Of a DNA stretch of 58,465 bases, positions 1 to 9,473 are shown in pieces. The stretch covers positions 264,806 to 323,270 of the forward strand of contig MEZH01000007.1 in NCBI GenBank assembly GCA_001775995.1, given 5' to 3'. The translations under genes were made by a program, and so were the position numbers. This stretch comes from Candidatus Bathyarchaeota archaeon RBG_16_48_13 (GTDB taxonomy: Archaea > Thermoproteota > Bathyarchaeia > RBG-16-48-13). The notes under the pieces were generated by a model that saw only the letters and a list, made by a program, of their open reading frames with translations, made no database searches and was not told the origin of the DNA. Within the stretch, counting starts at the first letter, position 1. Every line of letters begins with the position of its first letter.

Positions 1-647
1 AGAAGAAATGCGAAGAAAACAACATAATTTTCATTGACGACGAAGTTCAATCAGGCATGGGCAGAACTGGGAAGATGTTTGCGATTGAGTACTCAGGCGT
101 TGAACCAGATGTGCTGACAACAGGCAAGGGTCTCGCGAGTGGTTTGCCGGTTGGCTCAACGGTTTTCAGAAAAGATCTCTTCGAGACAGAAGAGATGATC
201 AAAAACTACGGCGGCGTCATGACAAGCACCTTCGCGGGCAACGGCATAGTGATGGCAGCAGCCAAGGCCAGCATCGAAACATACATAGAAGAGAAACTAC
301 CGGAGAACGCGGCCAAGCAAGGCTCCTATATAATGAAGAGGCTGGGAGAGATCCAGAAGGAGTCGAAGATCATCGCTAACTTCGAAGGGACCGGTCTGCT
401 AATACTTGTCGAGTTCATGAAAGACGAGAAGCCATGGAGGCACTGGGACTTCACGCCAAGTAAGGAAATGGCTATGGACATGTGCAAGGAATCTTTCGAG
501 CACGGCTTGCTGATGTTTAACTCAGGATGGCATGGCGGCGGAGTAAAGATATGCCCACCACTGGTCATAACAAGAGAACAAGTGGAGAAAGGCATGGATA
601 TCTTCGCAGAATCGGTAAAGGCTGTCCAGAAAAAGCATCTAGCTTAA
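1..647 (+). CDS. Class-III PLP aminotransferase (4-aminobutyrate/ornithine type), 5'-truncated by the window edge
   Basis: Frame is open from position 3 and reads IFIDDEVQSGMGRTGKMF...DVLTTGKGLASG, the class-III PLP motif. Confidence 0.9.
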   Translation, partial: KKCEENNIIFIDDEVQSGMGRTGKMFAIEYSGVEPDVLTTGKGLASGLPVGSTVFRKDLFETEEMIKNYGGVMTSTFAGNGIVMAAAKASIETYIEEKLPENAAKQGSYIMKRLGEIQKESKIIANFEGTGLLILVEFMKDEKPWRHWDFTPSKEMAMDMCKESFEHGLLMFNSGWHGGGVKICPPLVITREQVEKGMDIFAESVKAVQKKHLA

Positions 648-648
648 T

Positions 649-676
649 CCCCTTTTTTCCTTTTTTTGTTTTTCCT
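649..676 (+). terminator. Oligo-T archaeal terminator
   Basis: CCCCTTTTTTCCTTTTTTTGTTTTTCC immediately after the stop codon. Confidence 0.6.
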
Positions 677-799
677 GAACGATTTTTTTGGGTAGCTAGA
701 AATTCACTGATTTTCTAATTTTCCGGACTGTTGCCGAGAAGCAAAAATCTTAGAAGGGTCAACCAAGTCTATTAACGCTAGCAACTAAGAGGGAATTCA

Positions 800-2035
800 A
801 TGTACCTTACGAAGGAAGAGGAGCGGATGTACAATGGGGAGTGCGGCGAGCTCATTGAGTGGGCTATGAAAACCATCGTTGCATGGGGAGAGGTCTTCAA
901 TGCCAAGAGAATGGTTAAGATCGATTGCGCTCACTGTAGCTGCTCGGCCTACATGGTGGATGGAAAAAAATCCATCTTGGACTTTATGGGAGACCTAGCT
1001 AAATCCAAGCCAAGGGTAGTTGTTCCCGCGACATGTCAAGTTGCCTCAACCGATATGGTGGACTGGAAAAATCTCAACATTCCAGAGTACGTTGCTGAAG
1101 GACAACTCAAGTTGAGAGATCTTATAGAAGGTATGGGACCTGCTCCTACATGGACCTGCGCCCCTTACTTGGTCGGAAATATCCCAGTTGGAGGAAGCAA
1201 CATTGCGTGGTGTGAGTCCTCGGCCATTGTCTATGCCAACTCCGTTTTTGGGGCACGAACAAATAGGGAATGCGGTCAAAGCGTCTGGTTTGCCTCGTTT
1301 ATAGGGAGAACCGCCGAATATGGTCTCCGCTTGGATGAGAATAGGCGAGCTAGGGTCTTGATAGACGTTACAGCAAGTCTGAAGAATGAGACCGATTTTG
1401 GTGCATTGGGATATTTCGGAGGAAAGGTAGCGGGTCTACGAATCCCCGCATTCAAAGGAATTAAGAAGATCCCAACCGTCGAAGATTTCATGCAAGTCAG
1501 CGCTGCATTGGCAACCACAGGGGGAGTACCGATGTTTCATGTACTTGGGGTAACCCCTGAAGCTCGAAGAGATAATGAAGCATTCGGTGGGGAAAAGCCT
1601 GAAGAGACAATAGAGTTTGGCGAAGAAGAGCTGAAAAAGACTTACGAAGGAATACATTCGGGAAGCGGAGATAAGGTCGATTTTGTGTTCTTAGGATGCC
1701 CTCACGCTACATATCACCAGGTCAAGAGCGCCGCAGAAATGCTTGATGGTAAGAAGATAAAGAAGGACACGACATTCTGGATAGCCACGGCAAGACAGAC
1801 AAGGAATCTTATAGAGAAGGCTGGATACGGGAATATCATAAGGGCAGCTGGCGGAAAGATCATATGCGACACTTGTCCAGCTGCAGCCTTGGAGATAGGG
1901 TTCAAGCCTCAAGTAATGGTCACAAATTCGTTCAAGCAAGCTCACTATGTTCCAGGGCAATTCAAAGCCGGTTCCATAGCTTCAGATACGAAATCCTGCA
2001 TCAGTGCAGCCCTTGAAGGCAGATGGAGGGCTTAA
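800..2035 (+). CDS. Aconitase X catalytic (large) subunit, DUF521
   Basis: MYLTKEEERMYNGE N-terminus; CAPY, GCPH and CDTC cluster-ligand motifs. Confidence 0.88.
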   Translation: MYLTKEEERMYNGECGELIEWAMKTIVAWGEVFNAKRMVKIDCAHCSCSAYMVDGKKSILDFMGDLAKSKPRVVVPATCQVASTDMVDWKNLNIPEYVAEGQLKLRDLIEGMGPAPTWTCAPYLVGNIPVGGSNIAWCESSAIVYANSVFGARTNRECGQSVWFASFIGRTAEYGLRLDENRRARVLIDVTASLKNETDFGALGYFGGKVAGLRIPAFKGIKKIPTVEDFMQVSAALATTGGVPMFHVLGVTPEARRDNEAFGGEKPEETIEFGEEELKKTYEGIHSGSGDKVDFVFLGCPHATYHQVKSAAEMLDGKKIKKDTTFWIATARQTRNLIEKAGYGNIIRAAGGKIICDTCPAAALEIGFKPQVMVTNSFKQAHYVPGQFKAGSIASDTKSCISAALEGRWRA

Positions 2036-2036
2036 T

Positions 2037-2447
2037 ATGAAGATCATGTTGAGAGGGAGAGGCGTGGTAAAGGGATTCGGAGAAGGGGAGGCCCTCGTCA
2101 CTAGACAAGGGATCTCTTTCACTGGCGGAGTCGACATCGAGAGTGGTATCATAGTAGAGAAAAATCATGAATTAGAAGGAAAGAGCATAGTCAACAAAGT
2201 TTTAGTATTTCCCGCCGGCAAAGGGTCTGTGGGAGCGTCATCTGAGCTCTACCACGCATCGAAGGCTGGAACGGCACCAAGAGCTATAATCAACAAACAA
2301 CTGGATCCCCCACTAGTTTTCGGAGCGATCTTGGTCAAATTACCTCTGATGTGCGACCTGAACAAGGACCCCATAGAGACCATAAGAACAGGGGATTACG
2401 TCAAAGTCGATGCGACGAGAGGGATAGTCGAAATCACAAGAAAGTAG
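2037..2447 (+). CDS. Aconitase X swiveling-domain (small) subunit, DUF126
   Basis: GEALVT...ISFTGGVD...G...KVLVFPAGKGS motif; ATG 1 nt after the large-subunit stop. Confidence 0.88.
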   Translation: MKIMLRGRGVVKGFGEGEALVTRQGISFTGGVDIESGIIVEKNHELEGKSIVNKVLVFPAGKGSVGASSELYHASKAGTAPRAIINKQLDPPLVFGAILVKLPLMCDLNKDPIETIRTGDYVKVDATRGIVEITRK

Positions 2448-2544
2448 TATTGCCCATCTTTTTCAATTGGAAAGGGCCCCTCTCCGAGAAACATTATCTT
2501 ACCCGTATGGCACAGAACATCTGGAGTGTGGCGGGTTCAAGATA

Positions 2545-3174
2545 ATGTCGAAAGATTCCCTTTGTGAATTGATTCGAAGTAGGAGAAGCGTTCGTCGATA
2601 TCAAGAAAGAGCTGTGCCGATCAAGAAGATCAGGCACATACTTAGCATGGTCGCTTGGGCACCTTCGGCTCATAACTCGCAGCCTTGGAGATTCATAATA
2701 ATAACGGACAAGAGGAGGAAAACTAAGCTAGCCGCAAAAATGGCTGAAGGCTTTGAGAGGGACTTGAAAAGGGATGGGGTTCCTGAGAACGTACGCACGA
2801 AGGTCGCCAATGCATCGATCAGGAGGTTCACCGAGGCACCTGTTGTTATAGTTCCATGTTTGAACATGAGAGAAATGAGGATTTATCTTGATGAAAGGCA
2901 AGAGAGTGAGTACACCATGGGGATTCAAAGCGTTTCAACCGCGATCAACACTCTTCTATTATTTGCACACGCTGAAGGCTTTGGAACGTGTTGGTACTGC
3001 TCCCCGTTGTTTTGCAAGGAAGATGTTAGGAAATCTTTGAGCATCCCGAAAGATATAGATCCGCAAGCTCTGGTGACCATGGGCTATGCGGCGGAAAGAC
3101 CAGCGAAGCCACAACGAAAAATCGTGGATGAAATAATCTATCTTGACAAGTGGGGAAGCAATCCAAAGGAGTGA
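2545..3174 (+). CDS. Nitroreductase-family protein resembling the FbiB C-terminal domain / FbiE
   Basis: RRSVRRY, APSAHNSQPWRF, DLKRDGVP, GFGTCW, ALVTMGY; directly upstream of cofD. Confidence 0.8.
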   Translation: MSKDSLCELIRSRRSVRRYQERAVPIKKIRHILSMVAWAPSAHNSQPWRFIIITDKRRKTKLAAKMAEGFERDLKRDGVPENVRTKVANASIRRFTEAPVVIVPCLNMREMRIYLDERQESEYTMGIQSVSTAINTLLLFAHAEGFGTCWYCSPLFCKEDVRKSLSIPKDIDPQALVTMGYAAERPAKPQRKIVDEIIYLDKWGSNPKE

Positions 3175-3182
3175 AGAGGAGA

Positions 3183-4112
3183 ATGTACACGGTATTGGCT
3201 GGGGGTGTCGGAGCAGCAAGATTCTTACAGGGATTTCTGAATACAGTCGATCCTTCAGAGGTAACGATCATTGTAAACACAGGCGATGACGAAGAGTTTT
3301 ACGGTCTCCATGTATCGCCTGACCTCGATATAGTGATGTACACCTTAGCAGGGATCGTGGATCAGAAAAAGGGGTGGGGCATCTATAGAGACACATTTCT
3401 CTGTATGGAAGTTCTTCACAGGTACGGCGAAGAGACATGGTTCAAGTTGGGGGATATGGACTTAGCGACTCATGTACTTAGAACCGAGTTGTTGGACGAG
3501 AATGTTACATTATCAGAAGTCACACGGAAATTGTGCCATGAGTTGGGGATTCGATCAAGAATTATTCCGATGAGCAACAATAAAGTTTCAACGATGGTTC
3601 GAATAGGAAGCGGGTTCATAAAGTTTCAAGAATACTTCGTGAAGAGAGCGACCAGTGATGACGTCAATAAGGTGATTTTCAAGGGCATCGCGAACGCGAA
3701 ACCAGCTCCAGACGTCGTAGATTCAATCATGGACTCCAAGGGAATCATCGTTGCACCAAGCAACCCCATTGTCAGCATAGGCACAATTTTGGGTGTCAGG
3801 GGTGTCAGAAAAGCTCTTAGGGATACTAAAGCTCGCAAGGTGGCCATAAGTCCAATCGTTGGTGGCAACGCAATCAAGGGACCCGCGGATAGACTTATGA
3901 GGGGACTCGGAATGGAGCCAAGTGCCTACGGAGTCGCCGCTCTCTATCGAGATTTCTTGGACTGGATGGTGATAGACGAGATTGACGTCGCATTGAAAGG
4001 AAGAATTGAGGGACTTGGCATGAATGTTGGAATTACCGACACCATCATGAGGAACCAGAGAAAGAAAGAGAATTTGGCACGCTTTATCTTGGACATTTTT
4101 GGCCGAGGTTGA
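3183..4112 (+). CDS. cofD: 2-phospho-L-lactate/PEP transferase (F420 biosynthesis)
   Basis: LAGGVGAARF, NTGDD, SPDLD, LGDMD, PSNPIVSI, KGPAD motifs. Confidence 0.95.
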   Translation: MYTVLAGGVGAARFLQGFLNTVDPSEVTIIVNTGDDEEFYGLHVSPDLDIVMYTLAGIVDQKKGWGIYRDTFLCMEVLHRYGEETWFKLGDMDLATHVLRTELLDENVTLSEVTRKLCHELGIRSRIIPMSNNKVSTMVRIGSGFIKFQEYFVKRATSDDVNKVIFKGIANAKPAPDVVDSIMDSKGIIVAPSNPIVSIGTILGVRGVRKALRDTKARKVAISPIVGGNAIKGPADRLMRGLGMEPSAYGVAALYRDFLDWMVIDEIDVALKGRIEGLGMNVGITDTIMRNQRKKENLARFILDIFGRG

Positions 4113-4179
4113 AGGCTTTTATAAATAGACTCATAGCTATTTAACACCAAGGATCTATGGCAATCGATCCTCAACTACA

Positions 4180-4485
4180 ATGGGTGAGAGATTGTACGAC
4201 GAAGACACATTAAACAAATCTGCAACGGTATTCACCGCCCTTAGCAATGTATCTAGGCTTAGGATTTTTCTAATGCTGTCCGAAACCGACAGACCGCTTC
4301 ACATAAAAGCCGTCGCAAGGCAGTTGAAGCTGGACTACGGCACGATATACCGTCACGTGGAAATCTTGGAGAAAGCGAACTTGATAAAGATCTACGAGGT
4401 AGGCAGATCCCGTGTTCTCACGCCCAAGTCAGTTGACGTCATTAAGCAATTTGTGGAACAGGCGAAGAAGATTAAGGAAGAGTGA
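4180..4485 (+). CDS. ArsR-family winged-helix transcription regulator
   Basis: FTALSNVSRLRIF...IKAVARQLKLDYGTIYRHVEILEKANLI. Confidence 0.85.
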   Translation: MGERLYDEDTLNKSATVFTALSNVSRLRIFLMLSETDRPLHIKAVARQLKLDYGTIYRHVEILEKANLIKIYEVGRSRVLTPKSVDVIKQFVEQAKKIKEE

Positions 4486-4753
4486 TTTTCACCTATAGAT
4501 GCGTCTTGCACATTCTTTGGTGAATCAACGCGTCAAATAATGGATCAACTTTTAAGCTAGAGTATCTGTGTAGAAACGAATCTATTGGAATACATCGCTC
4601 TTAGCAATTATCATTACGGCGCTTTTTGATTGAATGATTTAAAAAATTAGAGTTGTAAGAATGAAAATTGATACAAAATATGTCAAAAGCCCTTAAGGGC
4701 ATATCCAACGCGATGGTTTAGAAGTAATCAATTGGGGGGTCGCTGAGTCTTCG

Positions 4754-4990
4754 ATGAGGAGAGTCAAAGTTTACAGCAGTAGAGATTGTCCTAACTGTGT
4801 AATGTTGAAGAGATTCCTGCGGGAGAGAGATATTCCGTACGTTGACATAGACGTTTCCTTCGATGAAGAAGCGACCTATGAATTGGTGATGAAGTCGGGC
4901 CAAATGGCGGTCCCTGTAACAGAAGTTGAGGGGCGCGTCATAGTAGGTTTCAACGTAGATGCATTGACTAAAGCGCTAGAGCTCACGTAA
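4754..4990 (+). CDS. Glutaredoxin-like (NrdH/YruB type) protein
   Basis: YSSRDCPNC CxxC motif and GQMAVPV...IVGFN. Confidence 0.9.
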   Translation: MRRVKVYSSRDCPNCVMLKRFLRERDIPYVDIDVSFDEEATYELVMKSGQMAVPVTEVEGRVIVGFNVDALTKALELT

Positions 4991-6260
4991 TGCTTAAATT
5001 ATAATATTCTGCGATGGCAGATTCAAACTCATTCATGTCTGCTTCTATCTGAGGAGCACCTCTGAACATCTTGAGAACCGTGCCTGGATCCTTGAGACCT
5101 GTTCCCGTGATTGGAACTACAACTGCATCGTCTCTTTTTATGACCCCCATTTCCAAGAGCCTTTTGAAGCCGGCTAATGAAGTGACTCCCGAGGGCTCTC
5201 CGAATATCCCCTCGTGCGATGCGAGGGCACTCTGCACCTCCAGAATATCTTTATCTGGAACACTTATCGCTGTTCCACCCGATTCGCGAATCGCCCGCAG
5301 TCCGATGTCCCCGTCCCAGGGGAAGGGATCAGAGAGTCCACCCGCAACTGTATTTGGATGTTCCCATGCTTTGATCTCAAAAGGTCCCTTTTTCTCTTGA
5401 TAAGCTCTCACTAATGGCGCGTTTCCGTCTGATTGGACAGCCGCCAGCTTTGGGATACGATCGATCAGGCCCAAGGCCTGGAAGTCCCGAAAGCCCTTCC
5501 AAATTCCTGCGAGAAGACATGAGGCGCCAGTGCTTAGTAACACCCAATCAGGAACCGCCCAATTCATCTGCTCTATGATCTCATATGAGATGGTCTTTGG
5601 GCCTTCCACCTGATAGGGGTTGAATGGCCCGAAACTCGGACAGGGATACCAGCCATACTTCTCAACAACCATCCGCAGCATCTTTACTGTTGGGTCTTCG
5701 CCTTTCTCAATTCCCTTGACAGCCAAGACCTTTGCTCCCAGAAGGAGGAGCTGAGCAATCTTTTCCATTGGAGCGATGTCGAGGACAAAAGCATAGCAGT
5801 CTAGACCGCCCCTTGCTGAGTACGCTGCGAGGGCTGCAGCCGCGTTGCCACTAGAGGCTGTGGCTGCGGTCTTTATTCCGAATTCAAGAGCCTTTGAGAC
5901 ACCGACGGTCATAGCTCGGTCCTTGAAGGAGCCTGTTGGCGAGCGAGTCTCATCCTTCAGATAGAGGTTTTTTGCGCCCCATTTCTCTGCCAGCCGCTTT
6001 GAACGCAGAAGGGGGGTACCTCCCTCACCTAGGGTTACAATCTTTTTCTCATCATTCACAGGAAGGAGTTCTTTGTATTTCCATAATCCAGGTGCTCTTT
6101 TTCTGAGTGTATCCTTGTTCAGAACCTTTGAAATTGCCCTGTAGTCGTAGTACACATCTAAGCGCCCGTCGTCCTTTCGAAGACATAGACAACGTTTATC
6201 GTCCAAGGAATATTCGGTGCCACATTTTGCACATTTAAGATGAGTAACAAAAGACGTTAT
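4983..6260 (-). CDS. thrC: Threonine synthase-like PLP enzyme with N-terminal Zn-ribbon; start extended to a probable ATA codon
   Basis: TLGEGGTPL, PTGSFKDR, ASSGN, EPS and TGTGLK motifs; the frame extends upstream of the TTG at 6206 to include LKCAKCG; GGAGG lies 5 nt before ATA at 6260. Confidence 0.82.
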   Translation of the reverse strand: MTSFVTHLKCAKCGTEYSLDDKRCLCLRKDDGRLDVYYDYRAISKVLNKDTLRKRAPGLWKYKELLPVNDEKKIVTLGEGGTPLLRSKRLAEKWGAKNLYLKDETRSPTGSFKDRAMTVGVSKALEFGIKTAATASSGNAAAALAAYSARGGLDCYAFVLDIAPMEKIAQLLLLGAKVLAVKGIEKGEDPTVKMLRMVVEKYGWYPCPSFGPFNPYQVEGPKTISYEIIEQMNWAVPDWVLLSTGASCLLAGIWKGFRDFQALGLIDRIPKLAAVQSDGNAPLVRAYQEKKGPFEIKAWEHPNTVAGGLSDPFPWDGDIGLRAIRESGGTAISVPDKDILEVQSALASHEGIFGEPSGVTSLAGFKRLLEMGVIKRDDAVVVPITGTGLKDPGTVLKMFRGAPQIEADMNEFESAIAEYYNLSIT

Positions 6261-6312
6261 TTTGGCCTCCTCTTTGTGATAAAGTGAGAAATAAAAAACC
6301 CAAAGAAAAGGG

Positions 6313-6924
6313 TCAAAGGAGTTCCTTTGCTGCCTTGTATCCTACGTCGAAGGCCTTCATGTTGAGGTCTTCTGTGCCCTTTGGGACTCTCTCTCTAATC
6401 GTCTCTTTTAGTATTTCAATTGGAAACGGCAACAACTCCGTTGCAGCTGCCATGCCAAGCATAAGCATGTTTAGGGTCTTGGCACTTCCAGATTTTATCG
6501 AGAGCCCAGTGGCATCGATGGCGACTACCTTTTTGCAGAGCCTCTCGAGGGAGGAAACTATAGTGGAGATTTCCGGGTAAGTTGCTTTCCCTATGTTCAC
6601 GTCTATAGATGGCACGGCCTTGGTGTTCAGAATCGCGATTCCAGTGGGTGAAAGGTATTTTACCCCAATTCGCAGGCCTTCCAAAGGTTCTAGGGCGATC
6701 AGAATATCCAGCTTATCTTCGGCAACTAAAGGACCTTGAACGTCTTCACCTATCCGGATGTGGCTTGAAACGGCTCCTCCTCTCATGGCCGCGCCGAATG
6801 TTTCGCCCACTCTGGCTTTCAGTCCGGCCCTCACAGCCGCATCCGCAACTATGTGGGACGCAAGGACGCTGCCTTGCCCTCCTACTCCAGCCACTATGAG
6901 ATTTAGATCCTTGGTTTTGTTCAT
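6313..6924 (-). CDS. iorB: Indolepyruvate:ferredoxin oxidoreductase beta subunit
   Basis: AGVGGQG, ETFGAAMRGGAV, NMLMLG motifs; coupled to iorA. Confidence 0.92.
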   Translation of the reverse strand: MNKTKDLNLIVAGVGGQGSVLASHIVADAAVRAGLKARVGETFGAAMRGGAVSSHIRIGEDVQGPLVAEDKLDILIALEPLEGLRIGVKYLSPTGIAILNTKAVPSIDVNIGKATYPEISTIVSSLERLCKKVVAIDATGLSIKSGSAKTLNMLMLGMAAATELLPFPIEILKETIRERVPKGTEDLNMKAFDVGYKAAKELL

Positions 6925-8906
6925 TACTGAGAACCTCCTGGAGAAATAGCCCTAAATGGGCACAGTTGCGCGCACATATCGCATGCAGTACACGTCAATG
7001 GATCTATACCTGCTTTCTTTGATCCATCTTCGAAATCTATAGCAGGGCAACCTAACTGGATACAGATCTTGCACCCGGTGCATTTCTCCTTGTTAACGGC
7101 GTACGGAACTATCTTGGTTTTTGATTTGCGAGCTTCTCTTAGATATTGGAGGGTGCAAAGCCTTCTAGTTATGATTACAGAAACACCAGGGTATTTTATT
7201 CCTTCCTCAATGGCTTCTCTGGCTTCTTTCAGGTTGTATGGATCGGCCACTTTTACCAGACCTGCTCCCAAAGACTTTACGATCTCTTCTATTCGGAAAA
7301 TCGGGCTCTGTTGGCCCATCGCCGTCATCCCCGTAGTCGGATTGGGCTGGTGTCCAGTCATAGCTGTCCAAGCGTTGTCCAAGACCAAGAAGGTTACCTT
7401 GGCTTTGTTGTAAACAGCATTCACGATGGCGGGCATGCAGGCGTGGAAGAATGTGGAATCTCCCGCAACCGCAACTATGGCTCCATCTTCGTATTTGGCA
7501 TGGAACTCACCTTGGCTGAGGCCTATTCCACCGCCCATAATGTAGTTGGTATCGAGCGTGTCGTAGGGCGTGTCTATATCGTACTTCACCGAGTGATCCA
7601 CGAAACTCGGAGCCAGCTTTGTGGCGAATATCCCGTAGCCGCCCTGTTCGTAGCAGCCTATGTCACCGTTGACTATCCAAACCTTTCCACCGCTCCTCCT
7701 TAAAGCGACCTTCAGAGCCCAGTAAGTACCCAAGTGTGGACAACCAGCACAGAGCGTTGAGGACCGTGGCGCAACCAGTTTGCGAATCTCAGCCTTGGCC
7801 TCAAGCCTGCTTTTGCTGATCTCTTCGAATTTGATGTCTAAGAATTTCGCTATCGCGGCAGCGACTACATTAGGCGTGAGTTCATCGTACGGGTTCAGGA
7901 TCTGATCTATGGCCATCTTTCCAGAGATCTTTCTCCCTGGAGCCAAACTATTGGACAGTGCCCTTACCTGCATCTCGACAACTGGATCGCCTTCCTCTAT
8001 CATGATCACTTTCTCAACGGAATTCAGAAGCTGTCCAATCTTCTTCTCAGGCAACGGGTAAGGAGTTCCGATTTTCAGGAAGCTGACCCTGCCATCAAGG
8101 CCCAATCCTCTCACGGCCTCTCTTGCGTAGGATGAACCGATGCCAGAAGCTATGATTCCAACCCTTGCGCCTTTGACAATTTCCAGCGTATTGAACTCTG
8201 TAGACTCCACGAATTCTTTGACCAGAGGAGCCCTTGAAAAGAGCCAAACGTGTTTTGAGACAGTACTTGGCGGCCCGTAAACGTTCCAGCGATATGGCAG
8301 TTTCCAATGCCTATCGAAAATTGCTTTCCTTTTCTCCTTTCTCATATCGCCGTATGTTACGTCCCCGCTTGCGTGGCTCAATCGAGTGACTGAACGAAGG
8401 AAGACGGGCAGCTCGAACTTTTCTGAAAGCTCAAAAGCAATCCTAGCCATATCCTTCGCCTCTTGCTGATTGGCAGGCTCAAAGCACAAAATATTCGCAT
8501 ACATCGCGGCGAATCGCGTGTCCTGCTCGTTTGAAGAGTAGTGGGCGCCAGGATCATCTGCGACGACTATCAAGTACCCTCCCCTAACACCACTGTAAAC
8601 CAGAGTCATGAACATGTCCATGACGACGTTCAAGCCAGCATTCTTCATGCAGACTAGCGATCGAACCCCAGTTATGGCTGCACCAGAGGCAACTTCGAAG
8701 GCTACCATCTCATTGGTAGACCACTCAGCGTAGAAGCCCAAGTCATCAGCAACCGTCGCAAGTGTTTCCATTACCTCAGATGAAGGAGTGCCGGGGTATG
8801 CCGCGGCCAACTGAATGCCTGCTTCGATCGCTCCTCGTGCAATGGCTTCGTTGCCCATAAGAAGGGTACGTTTTCCAATTTTATCTTCAGCAACTACGTG
8901 CACCAA
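6924..8906 (-). CDS. iorA: Indolepyruvate:ferredoxin oxidoreductase alpha subunit
   Basis: LMGNEAIARG, YPGTPSSE, LCAGCPH, GDIGC, GDSTFFH TPP motif; two C-terminal CxxCxxC ferredoxin motifs. Confidence 0.95.
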   Translation of the reverse strand: MVHVVAEDKIGKRTLLMGNEAIARGAIEAGIQLAAAYPGTPSSEVMETLATVADDLGFYAEWSTNEMVAFEVASGAAITGVRSLVCMKNAGLNVVMDMFMTLVYSGVRGGYLIVVADDPGAHYSSNEQDTRFAAMYANILCFEPANQQEAKDMARIAFELSEKFELPVFLRSVTRLSHASGDVTYGDMRKEKRKAIFDRHWKLPYRWNVYGPPSTVSKHVWLFSRAPLVKEFVESTEFNTLEIVKGARVGIIASGIGSSYAREAVRGLGLDGRVSFLKIGTPYPLPEKKIGQLLNSVEKVIMIEEGDPVVEMQVRALSNSLAPGRKISGKMAIDQILNPYDELTPNVVAAAIAKFLDIKFEEISKSRLEAKAEIRKLVAPRSSTLCAGCPHLGTYWALKVALRRSGGKVWIVNGDIGCYEQGGYGIFATKLAPSFVDHSVKYDIDTPYDTLDTNYIMGGGIGLSQGEFHAKYEDGAIVAVAGDSTFFHACMPAIVNAVYNKAKVTFLVLDNAWTAMTGHQPNPTTGMTAMGQQSPIFRIEEIVKSLGAGLVKVADPYNLKEAREAIEEGIKYPGVSVIITRRLCTLQYLREARKSKTKIVPYAVNKEKCTGCKICIQLGCPAIDFEDGSKKAGIDPLTCTACDMCAQLCPFRAISPGGSQ

Positions 8907-9029
8907 TCTCTTTCCCTCAGTCTCCTTTGCTCACGTCTAAGCTTAGACAGCCTTAATAAAACGAGTGATTTAAAAATATTGTTGCTTGTGTTGAAAATCG
9001 CTGAAAATTTTTCACCTGTATGAAGGTCT

Positions 9030-9313
9030 CTAGTTAAAAAAAGCCAAAGCCTTGCTGCGCATGACAAGGAATATCAGGATCATGATTATGGCTATGACAA
9101 AGGATATTAGTGCAATATATTCTGGCCTAGGACCGAACCCGAAAGCGATTGGAAACGGTCCAATAATAATGTCCCTCCAAAGCCACCTTCAGATGAAATT
9201 GCAGCGATAATGAAGGAGAAACATGTAACAATCAAGAAAAAGCCCAAGATAATCATGAAATAGAGTCTTTTCCATGGAGACACATTTGTCTCTGCAGAGG
9301 TGTTGGTTTCCAT
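9030..9313 (-). pseudogene. DUF131/TIGR00304-type small membrane protein interrupted by a frameshift near 9171
   Basis: TM segment then EGGFGG; a shifted frame continues IIIGPFPIAFG plus a second TM to a TAG at 9030. Confidence 0.65.
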
Positions 9314-9473
9314 TATGTCTCTAAAATCACCAGAGCGCGCGCTGCTATGACAAGGAACCTTGCCACAATTAGGATAGCTCCTAAAAGATAGTAGATAGCA
9401 AGAATGTGCTAATTACGCTAGATCGATCTAGGAGCCCCCCTTACAAAGGGCACCCGAAGCGAAAATGAGTAAC

